DNA of 64,000 nucleotides from Botryllus schlosseri (taxonomy: Eukaryota). Location: NCBI GenBank assembly GCA_051294905.1, contig CM119375.1, positions 3,410,001 to 3,474,000 on the forward strand, given 5' to 3'. Under the pieces are notes generated by a model, which was given only the letters and a program-made list of their open reading frames with translations, searched no databases and had not been told where the DNA came from. The position numbers were made by a program, and so were the translations under genes. Shown here in pieces: positions 37,576-49,800 of this stretch (the stretch's first letter is position 1; each line of letters starts with the position of its first letter).

Positions 37576-39926
37576 ATGCCAACAATGGAAGGAGAAGTCG
37601 AAGTCAAAGTCGCCGATGACGAAGTCGACCCATGCGCGAGGCAATCGCCTCGTAAGCTGCTGCGTACGCCGAAGTGCGCCCGGTGTCGAAACCACGGCGT
37701 TGTCAGCATTTTGAAGGGACACAAGCGACACTGCAGATGGAGGGACTGCCAGTGTTCGAACTGTCTCCTGGTAGTCGAAAGGCAGCGCATTATGGCTGCG
37801 CAGGTGAGATGGAATGTTCCGTATGTTTTGAATGGTTATTGGCTGAATCTCAACCGATATACAACGTATACTATAACACTTTGTCCTTACAATATTTTGC
37901 TCTTAGAGTATAGTACTCACAAATGCACAAGTCCTACGAAGCAGCCGGTGCGTTTTGTATTGTAATGGCACAGCCATTTGTAGTCGGTAATGAAGGAATC
38001 CGACTTATTCTGAGCATTCACGTAGGTTTTACCCATACCTGCACTCATTACGCGAGTGGTTACGTTTTTTGACTACTTCGTTTTGATACTTTGAGCTTTT
38101 TCTAAAGTGGTAAGTAGTTTTGGGAGAGGTTTCCGTCACGTTTGTAACCGAAATTGTAATCACCGTTGAGTAAAATAGAGAGAAAGAGAGAGAGAGTGAC
38201 CAGTTGTCTTCCGTCCACTACTAATATGCTACCTTTTGAAACTACCTACGCTAGTACATTTTTAAATCCATAATTTCTACTTCCACTTGAACTAGCTTTT
38301 ATAGATGCTTTAAATCGCTACTTCTACTTGTAATTAAATAGATATTTATTCAGATAATTGTACTTATACTTGAGTACCAACGATGACTATACTTCGATTA
38401 CATCTGGTTACATCACTAACAAAATGGCGTCGGCTGACATTCTATTTTGAAGTATGAAGCAAATCGGATTAGGATTCTACACTATCCCATTGAAGCAATA
38501 TCGAGTATCATGCACCTTGAATTCCACGTAACGCAATTTCAGGTCGCTTTGCGAAGGCAACAGGCAGCCGAGCACAAGAACGGGTCAAAGTTGATGACAT
38601 CAAGCGACGGGGTTGGCCAATCGCAAGAAAGGCTGGACGCAAATAGAGCAGCGTCGGAATCGCTCAAGCTACGCTCCAGAGCGCTGAAAACAGCGCGGAT
38701 GACGTCAAGGAATTTTACAGAAGGTGAATAACATCTATCGGAAAGTACAGAACACTAATTGTAGTGTACACACAAACTATGTATCACTGATGGATTAGTA
38801 TGGAGTAAAGAGAGTTTAAGGATATCATGCAATGCAATCTACTTCGTCCATCTACTATTCAAAGCAGCACTGGTGTAGGTTACTATCAGATGTGGTCAAA
38901 GTAGACCGCTTTGCTCCTCAAGTAGAAGAAATAGACGTAGTACCGTACTCAATTTTAAGTAGATATAAAAATGTAAAAATTTAGTAGTTTTGCCAGAAAA
39001 ACTGTACAAGTGGACGTAGTTTGAAAACATTACACGTTGAGTAAGACGTGAAAGTAGGTCAAATCTATGTAATTACTCCCAAAAAGTAGAAGCGCTTACT
39101 TACTGACCACCTCTGATCACCATGCGACATTTCCGTCGCCAACCTTCAATACCAGGAATCGCTCACGAATTATAACTTTACAGCTACAAGGACTTCTGCA
39201 ATGCCTCCCTTCACCTCGCCACTGACGGAGCGCATCCGCAAAAGACGCGCATTCGCTGACAAAAGCCTCGAAGATATATACTACAGATCTGCCGATCATT
39301 CGGCGAGCAGGGCCAGAGACTACAGGCCTGTGACAACGTCACATGACCTCAATGTTACATCACGGTCGAATGACGATATCATAGAACCGAAAAAACCGAG
39401 ACCGGCATGTCCCGAAAACATATATCAACAACCGATATCTCGGGTCGCATCCAGCGAAGCAGTACCGCGTTTGGAGGTTCAGTATCCAAGAGTTATCAAT
39501 GGCGGTGTTACATTGAACGAAAATTACAGAAACTACCTCCTAAAACTTATGTATCTTCAACATAATTTGTTTCCTGATATCAGCAATGCACACTGCCACA
39601 ACGCACAGACAATGACCAACTTGCGAGTCCCTCAAAACATCGATTACGTCAGTAAATATTGGCAAATGCTAGCTGGCGACCACATTTCAAATTATTCAAT
39701 GCCAAGACGTTCTCCGTTGGGACGAAATTCACCCGTTGACGTACAGGCAAGGTACTTCGATTGGCTGAACAGTTTACATTCGATTCGACAGCAATCGACC
39801 CCGAGCCCTCGTTCGATGTCGGACTGCTCCTCTCCTGAGTCGATAGGTGTTACGCCAAAACTCCCTGCGGATAGATGCGGAAAACCTCACGATTTTTCCG
39901 TTGCGTCTATCATCGGAAAATCGTAG
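37576..39926 (+). CDS. dmrt2: Doublesex/Mab-3 related transcription factor, DMRT2/Dmrt11E type, copy A, 383 aa; join(37576..37803,38543..38723,39184..39926)
   Basis: DM domain [47 protein letters not shown]|VALRRQQA has all eight zinc ligands. It also has the DMRT2-diagnostic [15 protein letters not shown] and C-terminal FSVASIIG. Splice sites CAG/GTGAGA, TTTCAG/, AAG/GTGAAT and TTTACAG/ keep frame (phases 0, 1); total 1152 nt. Start could be ATG 37585. Confidence 0.95.
38051..38406. mobile_element. Degenerate family D element in dmrt2 copy A intron 1 (reverse orientation)
   Basis: CTACTTCTACTTG and TACTTGAGTAC motifs, terminus GATTACATCTG; left boundary approximate. Confidence 0.55.
38887..39115. 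mobile_element. Family D element in dmrt2 copy A intron 2
   Basis: TIRs CAGATGTGGTCA / TGACCACCTCTG, AAGTAG motifs; TSD degenerate (GTTACTAT / ATCACCAT). Confidence 0.75.
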
Positions 39927-40387
39927 TTGCACGGTGCTCGCCTCACCAACATATCGCAGCATTCCCGGAGATGATTTTGATGAAGTATATTTTCAGCAAT
40001 ATTTTAAAAATGATGCTTAAGGTCTCCAAATGCTCAGCGGCAATACGCATGACTTCTTCAAGCAACTGCATACCGCCACCAAGTTTCTTTACTAATTATA
40101 AACATGTTAGTTAGGGCGCACTTGTAACTGTACCCAAACGCATCTGTTGGTAATCGAAAAGTGTGGAGTTCGATTATAATTTTTAACGTTTTGCATTCGT
40201 TCCTTATTATTTATTTCCACTGTCCTTATATTGAGACGAAAATTCCAATGCTTCCATGGCTGTTTGTATAAGTTACAAGCGCCTGTTATTATGAATAGTC
40301 ATAAAAATTGTTGGAACAAGGAGCATTATTTACCGCGATGTCATTTCACTATTACAATTTGTTCCAGTTGAAATTATAAACGTTTGA

Positions 40388-40393
40388 AATAAA
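40388..40393 (+). terminator. Candidate polyadenylation signal of dmrt2 copy A
   Basis: First AATAAA I found after the stop at 39926. Confidence 0.4.
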
Positions 40394-41845
40394 CTTTTCC
40401 GTTTAACATATTTGTATAGATTTGCATATCAAGTGGAATAGGGTTACATATTCTCTCATTAGAATTATGGAGGTAATTGCTGTATTGAGTTTTATCCACA
40501 ACAGTCTTGACTCAAATCATATCAATTATGTACAATTGAGCAATGGGCATGGCTAGTAAGCTGACTACATAGGCGATTTTATGTACGTATACAGGAATAT
40601 ATCTTATGTTGAGGGTAAGTTATTTCTATATCCTTACTCAATCTAGGACGTTATTTAATAACATGGTGGAGCTTTCAACACAGATTTGTCGCCATTTTTA
40701 AGTTTGCTCTCTCATACTCATGAATTCGTTCGCAGCAAAGGGCGGTAAAAGTCGGACGTGGAAGAACATCTCATTACGAATGCGTTGTAATAACTAAATA
40801 CACTGATAAAAGTAAATTAGTTTACATATTTTATTTTCGACTTAAAACGCGTAACTGCGGAACTAATTTGTTATCGTCTCAAATTGTACGCATTTCGCGA
40901 GAAACGCAGACAGGAAGTAACACATTTGACGATCTAATCACTGCTGTAAAACCATACCATAGTTGACATGACTAGATATCGCGATATATGTTATTTTTAA
41001 TGCATTTAATATATTCAACCTAAATATAGACATTTTGTTCCTTCAACATCCCTAAGAGTGGGCAATTGAAGTCACAGGTGAACCCTATAATAAAATGCAT
41101 AGCCGTGGCGCACATTTGATATCACGTTTTTTTTACCAATAATGATTATTATTATCAATAATATCGCGAATAACAGCTAGTAGTTTTACCTGTTCATACA
41201 CGTGATCATAGATCACAAAAGAATATCATAATTTTAATGCAATTCAGGACTTCACAAGTTCTTAATTCATATTCCATGAAGAATCAGAAGGAGAATAATA
41301 ATATCCATTAATCAATTGATGATATGTACATTGTACCTGTGCCTTGGACCACTAGAATCTATGCAGGAACGTGTAACTTGGAAGTTGAAAGTTGAAATTG
41401 AGGAAAGCTTAGAGTTGGGCTCAATGCTTGGGGCATACTCTAATGAGAATCAGGTAATAATTCTAATGATTCGAGTCCAGCTGTGACAATATTTTCGAAT
41501 ACTGACATTATCCGCTCTTTGCCACTTATATGCGTTAATTTATATTTGAGAATCATAGTTAGTTACGATACTATTTTCCACCGTGGAGGGCTTTAAACCT
41601 CGATTGGTCGTATTGCAGCATATGAAGCATGCAGTGCAACAATATACAAGTTACTTGAAATAACCGATCTCTGTGTCGACAAAATACCAACTATGATGTA
41701 AAATAGGCTTTTTATTATTTGTGATTGCATATTAGCACATATCTGAACTTTTCAAATCATTCATGCTGTTGTGACGTTATACTTAGAGATACTCGAGTAA
41801 TTGACTCAACTTAAAGCAGCCTAATACTCGATTTTTAGTTGAATC

Positions 41846-42103
41846 TCAGTCTCTGGTACATCTGCCCAATCCAGGACAAGAGTTGCGGCTGAATTGATCT
41901 CCTGCCAAAGAATTGCAGATGGTGCATAATCCCTGTTCCTTGTTTAAATTATTGGGATTACCTGGTATCAGCATCATGAAAGTCGGCGATTCAATTTGGT
42001 AATCTACTATTATCCAAGCGCGCCCCTCTCTGATAAATCCACCAACTTGTATTGACGTCTACGGGGGCAAGTCGGTAACCTGATATGGATACACCCATCC
42101 ATT
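41846..42103 (-). pseudogene. Possible decayed C-type lectin-like coding fragment
   Basis: The minus frame NGWVYPYQVTDLPP*TSIQVGGFIREGRAWIIVDYQIESPTFMMLIPGNPNNLNKEQGLCTICNSLAGDQFSRNSCPG resembles the CTL pattern WIGL.D...EG.F...W.PGEPNN...E.C...W.D..C. It has one internal stop and several core residues are missing. Confidence 0.3.
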
Positions 42104-45100
42104 GCTTTTGCATTTTAGTCAGTACTCATGTACGGGGATTTGTAGTGAGCAATTAGGATGATGAGGCAAACATTGACTTTTAAGAAGAACTATCGTGTTG
42201 CGTATATTTAGCTCAATGTGCATGATACTGAATCCGTCCGGTAAACATATTTATGCCAGACCTCAACGAATTATTTCTCTCAAACATATTCTACTAGTTG
42301 TTGAAGCTTGATCGAAGTATTTTAATGAGATGTGGATTCTTTCAGCTGCAGTTTGACAAGGGTTGCTTGACAATTAGGATGCGTATGCAGCGCTACAATC
42401 AATCGCATGTAAGTGATATTGTACGTTCGCTAAAGCATATAAATCAAGTATGTCCATTATCAAAGTTTAGCATAAAGGTATATGTAATTTTATCTTCAGA
42501 TATGTTAGTTGTGGAAACGCATTGATACATGACACTTCAGAACTTTTCAAGATAAGTACAGATCCATACTGTTACCGAGATGTAATGAAAATAGTTTACT
42601 TGGATGGATGTCAGTAGCAATAAATTTTAAATGAGATAACTGACTGTAGTCACGTTCAGTGGAAGATTTCTCAACGCTGCCCACACTTGCATTAGTAATT
42701 TTGAATTCCAATACTACGGATGGGGAGGCAAGTCGGAATAATATGCAAATAATACGGCTGGGAACGTTTCGGTGCAAAGTGATCTGAAAACGAACAATGG
42801 ACATAGACCATAGATGTGCAGGATATAATCCGCCACAGTTGACTCAATAACAACGGCCAGTTGAACCAGAAACATACTCCATAGTTTCGTCACATTCCGC
42901 AAGTCTCGTTTCGAGTATCAGGTTGAGGCATCTCCCCAGCCCCACCGAAAACAAACAACGGTTACAGGAATATGACCGGCGCTTTTCAAACAAATCCACT
43001 ATATCTGTGCAATGGCTAAGTTGTTCCCACGGAGTCAGGTCGCCTTTCACGAGCTGTGGATGGCTAAATTTTCCAATGATTGAAAATATCTAGTTCCTCC
43101 ATAGGTTTTGTGAGTGAACTATATTATGTCGACTTGATCCGAACAATGAATCGAATGCATGACGACAAATTTCACAGCACACATGCAGTTTCAATTGTAG
43201 AATTGCGTTCTACTTTGTAACGACAAGTACCCATTGTATGCGCCTACATCCGAAACCTCGTGCGTATATGCAAAATACACAGCCTATCGCACGTTGCACA
43301 TCAATTTACACATCAACTATCAGGTTAATCAGAAGACATCTGATTGGAAACATTGATGAGAGCTATTTAGAGCTTTACAAAATCATCGCACTTCATTTGA
43401 TCAAAAGTTACTATCGGCATTCAACCGGGATATAGACCTATACACCGACAGTACCAACTGATTTTTTCTAGACGTTGTAGAGACATGGCAACGTCGAAAT
43501 TCAAACCAGCTTGCTCACATTTCTGTCGATCACAAAAATGCCGCAAACATGCCTGTTGCCTATATTTCGTATTTCTCGCAGCTGTAATAAAAATTATGTT
43601 GCACACCATTCATGTATGTAGTATGGATCAGGAAATCCCTAAATCGCTTTTATTACTTCATAAATGTATGCATTTCGATACATTTCAGGCATTAAAAAAT
43701 TCAATTTAGCCAAATCCTGCAACCACCGATATTGTAAGAACATTTGTGATTCAAAAACAATTATATTCCATCAAAACTCTATCGACACCTGTGATGGGGC
43801 GTGGATATACAACACAGACCATAAATGGACTTCCTGGATCATTGCAACAGCAGTTATTAAGGATTAAGGGAAATATACACAACGTTGATAAAAGCCTAAT
43901 CACATTTCCTGTATGGGTCCATTTGCACGTTGTTCTTGATGTCGGCTCTTTGATTTAGCGAAGGGGTAATATTTTTCCTTTGATGATATCATGTTTTTGA
44001 CCCAAATAAACAGACAATGACACTATTTTACAAAAAACCTGTGAAAGTTTGTGTAATTAGCAACTTTTCTCAAAATGAGAGATAAGACACTTAACCGTGT
44101 TTCACACACCTGTTTAAAAAATGATGATTGTTCAGCATGTGGGAAGAGGGTTCCGAACGTGAGGTTAATTTAACAAAATCTACGTCCGTCATATTTATGT
44201 AATCTCTTGGTTTTTTTCGAGTATGTGACACTAAGTCGGCATATGTTTGAAGTTACCCGTTATGGTATGAAATATGATTGATATTAAGACCAGTCCTGGA
44301 TATCAATTACATTAAGTGTTTGACTCATATACACCAAAATTACATACCACTTAATGCAATAAAGTATTAATTTGGCGACAGGATATATTTTGGAGGAAGT
44401 GCATCAATCCTATATAACGGTGAACAGTGAAAACTTGAATTTAATGAATTCATAGAATTATAAAGAAACTGCGCATTCATGTTTTCTCAATGCCAAATAC
44501 CGCTTACACTCAGGCCCATGTACCTAGAGTACGTGATATTTGTGCTCGCACAGAGATTGTTTCCAATACGCGCAAATTTACTAAGTTCTAATAATTGAAG
44601 GTAATCTTGGCACTTAACTTCAATATAGACAATTGAATAGTATTTTCATATTGTAATAAACCCGAATATTTTTGACTGATAGTTGTCAGTGGTATTCACC
44701 AGAAACGTATTTGGTGATACGATTGTTGATATACAAATCTCATTCCAATTCTCTACTAGTATATATTGTTCAATTGGAAATTGGTTCTAATAGTTTATCA
44801 CCAAAGCCAAGCCAAGGTAGGTCTTGGTTTCATAAAGAGTATTGGTTTTCATAAAAGTTATTTCAAACAAATTAGGAAAACCTGTACGAAAAGTATTACC
44901 CTTCTCAAGCGAGCACCAGATTAATGAGTAGAACATGCATATGTAATAATGTATATAATAATGAACGGTTTTCAATGTCTCCCATTCTGCCTGATATCCA
45001 TATTAATTACAGTATAAAATAGCTTCACTGAAAATAGTTATCAGAGCGATTCTGTTACGGAAGTATCCAGCCTCTTTTGCAAATGAACTTCATTCAAGTC

Positions 45101-46040
45101 CAGGCACTACACTATAGTATTGCTATTATAGTTTCGAATTACCGAAACACAATCCCTAAGTTCGCAGAAACCACCCAAAGTCATTGCCGTCTAATGTTAA
45201 CTTCACATGTAAGATCGCAACTTTGTTCCCACACATCTTACAAAGAGCGGGTCAAGTCTATGGTCATTGCGTCTTGTGAGATCGCGGCTTCGGAATGCAT
45301 TTGCAGCAAAAAGCGGTGTTCAGTTTCAAGCAAATCCATGCCTGCCGGTGGAAAACTCTTCAAGGAATTGCGATGCGAAGCAACACGAGAGAGGATGTGG
45401 CAAAGATCTGATATCTGGCGCCAAATGCGTATGTATAGCTTACCTTCGTCGATATACCTATGCGAAACGAATGCTTTTCGTGTCCTATTATAATCGTATG
45501 GCATTGGCGCGAGTATTGTTAGTCAAGGAAGGTTACAAAAGCTTCAATTAGTCTCTCATACAGGGATTAGTAAATATATTAATTAAAGCATGGAATGAAT
45601 TTCTAATGGTCGCAATTCTCAGGTCTGATTTTATCGCGTCTGTGTTACGAACGACCATCAACGAGGGGAGATTACTGCATCGACAAATTTCATTGCGATT
45701 ACGATTGCTTCTGAAACACACGATTACGATTACGATTACAGTGAACTCTCGAAGTGTTCGTTTACGAATACCATCACATGGAAAATTGATCACGATTTTC
45801 ACGGCAACTTTCCTTTTGCTTCCATGAACTTGAGCACATATTCGAGGGTATACTATATACTGCGGATGTATCACCACAGATTATTGTTTTGATTGGCTGA
45901 ATGCCGACTGGTGCTCGCTTTAAGTAGGGCCCGACGAGAATGAGACGAAATGAACACTAGATTATACCGCAGCAAATATTGCTTGTCGTAGATAGGGAGC
46001 CTACATATCCTACTATATGTTCCTGTACTGTTCTATGTAC

Positions 46041-46521
46041 CAGAGATGAGCATGGATTAGGATTAGGTTTTGAAAAAACAGGATTTGTGAAATTTTGTCG
46101 GATTTGGATTGGATTAGGATTACAGATTTTTTTCTGAACGGATTAGGCTTTGGATTGGATTTACCTATTTTCTGGGAGCTTAATATTTCGTGTGGCGAAT
46201 GGCGACAAACTTTATTCAGATCAGTTATTGATGTACTTATAGGACACTACACTATGGTTCACTCGGTGCAAATGAACATGAGAGGTGCAGCCCTATGCTA
46301 AGTTATCTCAAATCAAGAGAATCGTTGGTTGTGAAAGTAAATTTTCCAAACCCCCCCCCTTGCATAAAGTAGCATTTTTTCTGAATTTCAAATTGGAATC
46401 GGATTAGGATTGGACATGGACTATAAAATGAAAAAGTTATGGATTAGGTTTTGGATTTGGATTTGAAGTTTCGGATTTGGATTGGATTAGGACATAGAAA
46501 TTCCAAATCCGCTCATCTCTG
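46041..46521. mobile_element. hAT MITE family H (GGATT subterminal arrays)
   Basis: Perfect TIRs CAGAGATGAGC / GCTCATCTCTG; TSD CTATGTAC / CTATGTGC (7/8). Confidence 0.9.
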
Positions 46522-46706
46522 CTATGTGCACTGTACAGTACAGTTGATGTCATATAGTTCTTCTAACAAGTCTAGTTGTATTTCGTTCCGGTTCAAGCGT
46601 AAGGTCACACATCGTATATTGTGACTTCTTAGTAGTAAATACTTGACTGTTTAGGTATAGAATTCGATTAACTGCAAACCCTAAGAGTTGCATACACTGA
46701 GTAGAG

Positions 46707-46880
46707 CAGGGCCGGCCAACCCGTGGCCCGCGCAACCCGTGACCCGCGGGCCACATATCGCCCGCGAGAAGGTTTCGAGTGGCCCGCGAGGTAATTACCG
46801 AAATTTCTAATGTTATCAAAAATGGATTGCACAGATTGTGAACTTCTGAGGCCAACCAAAAATTTGATTAGTCTGGCCGC
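46707..46880. mobile_element. Left end of a Buster/Charlie-type hAT MITE
   Basis: CAGGGCCGGCCAACC followed by repeated GGCCCGCG motifs; no matching right end found. Confidence 0.55.
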
Positions 46881-49800
46881 AACACTTGAGATGTGATGAC
46901 TAAAATATCAGTTCCGACGCATTGGCAGATCCATGAGCCAGTCACATATTGGTAGATCTTCGTAGATTACAATAAAGCAGAATAATTTGCGATAGATTTA
47001 TCAAAAGTTAAAATTTTCTACACGCTTCGCGCAACATGTTTTCACTCGATTTGTTGCTTTTAATATTGTTGCCCCGTTGGGAAAATGAAAGAACGCCTAA
47101 TGTATCAGAGTGAATCTAACTATATTCGCGATTACGGGACAGAGTGTTCAACAACGTTCAACATATGCGACTTTGCGTTGCACTCGCAGAGAGACCGTCG
47201 ACTATGAAACTTAGGCACAAAATGATTGACGCATGTTGGTCGAAACTCTCGATATCGATATGTCCAGACGCCAATAGCCCAGTCCATCCGAAATGAGACA
47301 TACTATTTTCAGTTTCATTGTGATACAATAATTCTTCAGTTCCGAAACTTGTAAGCCAGGCAGCATGAAGTTTTTTTTTGAACTATGGCCTTGGGGTGAC
47401 ATTGCAATCCCGTTCCAATCCAATTCTCCAAACTGAATGTCACTGAAGTCAGTGTATATTTGAGGCGAAATTAATGTCATTGAGTTTAACGTTCTATGGA
47501 TATTGACTTTATGTTTAGATCATTCACAAGACGTGGTAAATTTCATAGACATTGCTGCTGCTCCTGTTGCATTATCTTTCATGTTGGGGTGAGATATCAC
47601 GGTGCGACCTGAGTAATGTAGAAATATACACGTCACACCGATCAGGCCAATATTATGAATAAGTTGAATAACAAGTCGCGATTTGGTGAGAGTTAAGAGT
47701 GGAGGAATTCAATTTTTTCGAAAGATCTTCCATGCGATACGTTCAACCTCTACAATTTACTTTGTAGCAAGCTGCTAGAAGTCGCCCACGAAGAAAATAG
47801 GGACGAACACAACTATACAAGAAACTTATACGGCGTCAAGTGCCACACCATCATTTTTACCATTGTAAAACACTGCCAATATCAATTATATAGAACGCAG
47901 GTATTGCGATCTGTCAATATTCATGTATCGTGTTAACTGTCAGACAACTCTTGTCGCCAATTTAAGACCTGGATGAAAATTCGTTGGCCTCAGCATCCAT
48001 ATTGTGATCCTATAACAAATCCCGAAGCTACGTACGTTGCGTATATGAATACAACTCTCCGAAGTAACTGGGATCAGAAGTTAAGGGTGTACGAAACAAC
48101 AGTCTTTCAATGTCGTTTCCGCTTTTATAAGACATCTTTGTTGCGGTACAGAATATCCATACCGACAATACCCATAATCTCTGTTCCTTACATAAAGATG
48201 TCTGTGGGTGGTCTTTATATAAGGACAATCATGTGTCAAACATAGCTGGTAACTCCGCGATTATCTCAAAAGCCTTTAGAGTCATCAAACATATCCTGTT
48301 GACCACGGCAAGGCGACAGCGTTGGGGTGGAGTTTATACATCTGGATTATGTCAATACGGCGAGACTGATATCGTTACTAAATAAAACCGCGTCATGGGT
48401 GGGATTGTCCTGAATCATGCAGTCCTAAGTGATATTAAACGGTTGTTGGACATACGTAAATAATCCTTTGATATTATTCATTCGTAGGGGAGAATGTAGA
48501 CTTTACCAGGAACGGCCAATTCAAGGTTTCAATTCACCTTGCGAAATTTGGAAAATAGATGCTTCGCCCAAGTCTCGGTTTCAGCCGGCGTGGCTTGCAT
48601 ATACGGGGAATCAACATGCTGTATCATTGTACATTTCTTTATGAGTTACCCATAAATGATTAAGCTGTAAAGAAACGAACGAAAAGCTTACCCTAAATGT
48701 GCACTCGTCACTACCTTCAACACATAGTGAGTTGGTGCAAAAGTCTCTGTCAAAATGTACATTAGTCATGCGTGACGACATTAGCCATATAACCATACGG
48801 ATGCTACAAATAGGTGGTCTTATGCGAGGGGAAGTAATATAAATGTGAATTCATAAGGTATTTAGCAATTTCGATGAAGATCTTCATCAATATTTCTGTC
48901 TTGGCGAAATGTACTTCGTAATTTCACATACAATGGTAAGTATAGAACGATCAATTTTAGAGTATAGGCTTATATTCATTACGTCACATATGGGTCAATA
49001 ATATCACTGTGATATCACTAGAGCGGATTCATGTTTATGTGTTAAAATAATAAAGCGCATAAAATACATCTAACGATAACTCGGTAATCTACCAATACAC
49101 ATTACAAATAGCACAGTGAGAGCTTCGGTATTTGACTGACAACCCTTCCAGTCATCATTCGACACACCAAGAGCTGTGAATTGAGCTGCCTGCGCGGTTG
49201 AAACCGTTAATTGACTTCCAAAGTGCAGTCCTGTTCGTATAGCAATCTGGTGATGCCAAAATATGAATGAAGTTTCAGATGAGGCAACACATTACCGATT
49301 TTAAAGCAACAGATTAGCACCGGAGATACGCATCGCATTAACAGCTACGAATCATTTTCTAACACAAATTCGAGCGAATTCTCCGAGCGAAAGTTGTTAC
49401 TGCTAATTAAATTAGCTCGCGCTAGCTGCTAAAAGTCCCACTTGAGGAAGAATTTGGAATTCGATGTACCATTTCTCAGATCTTCAACCAACCAGAAATC
49501 TACTAGTGACGTAATAGAGGTGCGTGTTATGACTGACGCGATGAGTTTTCAAGGACGGATGATTAACCAAAAAAATACTTCCTACGAAAATGGTGATAAG
49601 CATACATGTTGTAGAAAATAAAAATGTATATAGGTTATGATGCATGTAATATATGTTGACATGCCACCTATATGGCATGCTATAAATCAGCGACATCCAA
49701 AGTCACACAGTGACTTCTAGAAGATATACCAGTCGACTCAGCTTAATTCGGACAGTTTGATTCCGCTCACTATTGGCCTAATTACGCGTTTTTTTACGAG

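Noticed and set aside
12232-39926. Linkage of an interferon-like gene to DMRT genes, echoing human 9p (IFN-I, DMRTA1) and 19q13 (IFNL, DMRTC2)
   Set aside because: The amniote 9p IFN cluster is a secondary, retroposition-derived location and DMRTC2 is a late derivative, so these linkages are not ancestral evidence.
45077-45877. Cluster of 70-140 aa overlapping ORFs on both strands with faint LINE RT-like words (HGFA, CLDL)
   Set aside because: Motif spacing does not fit RT domains and the frames are full of stops.
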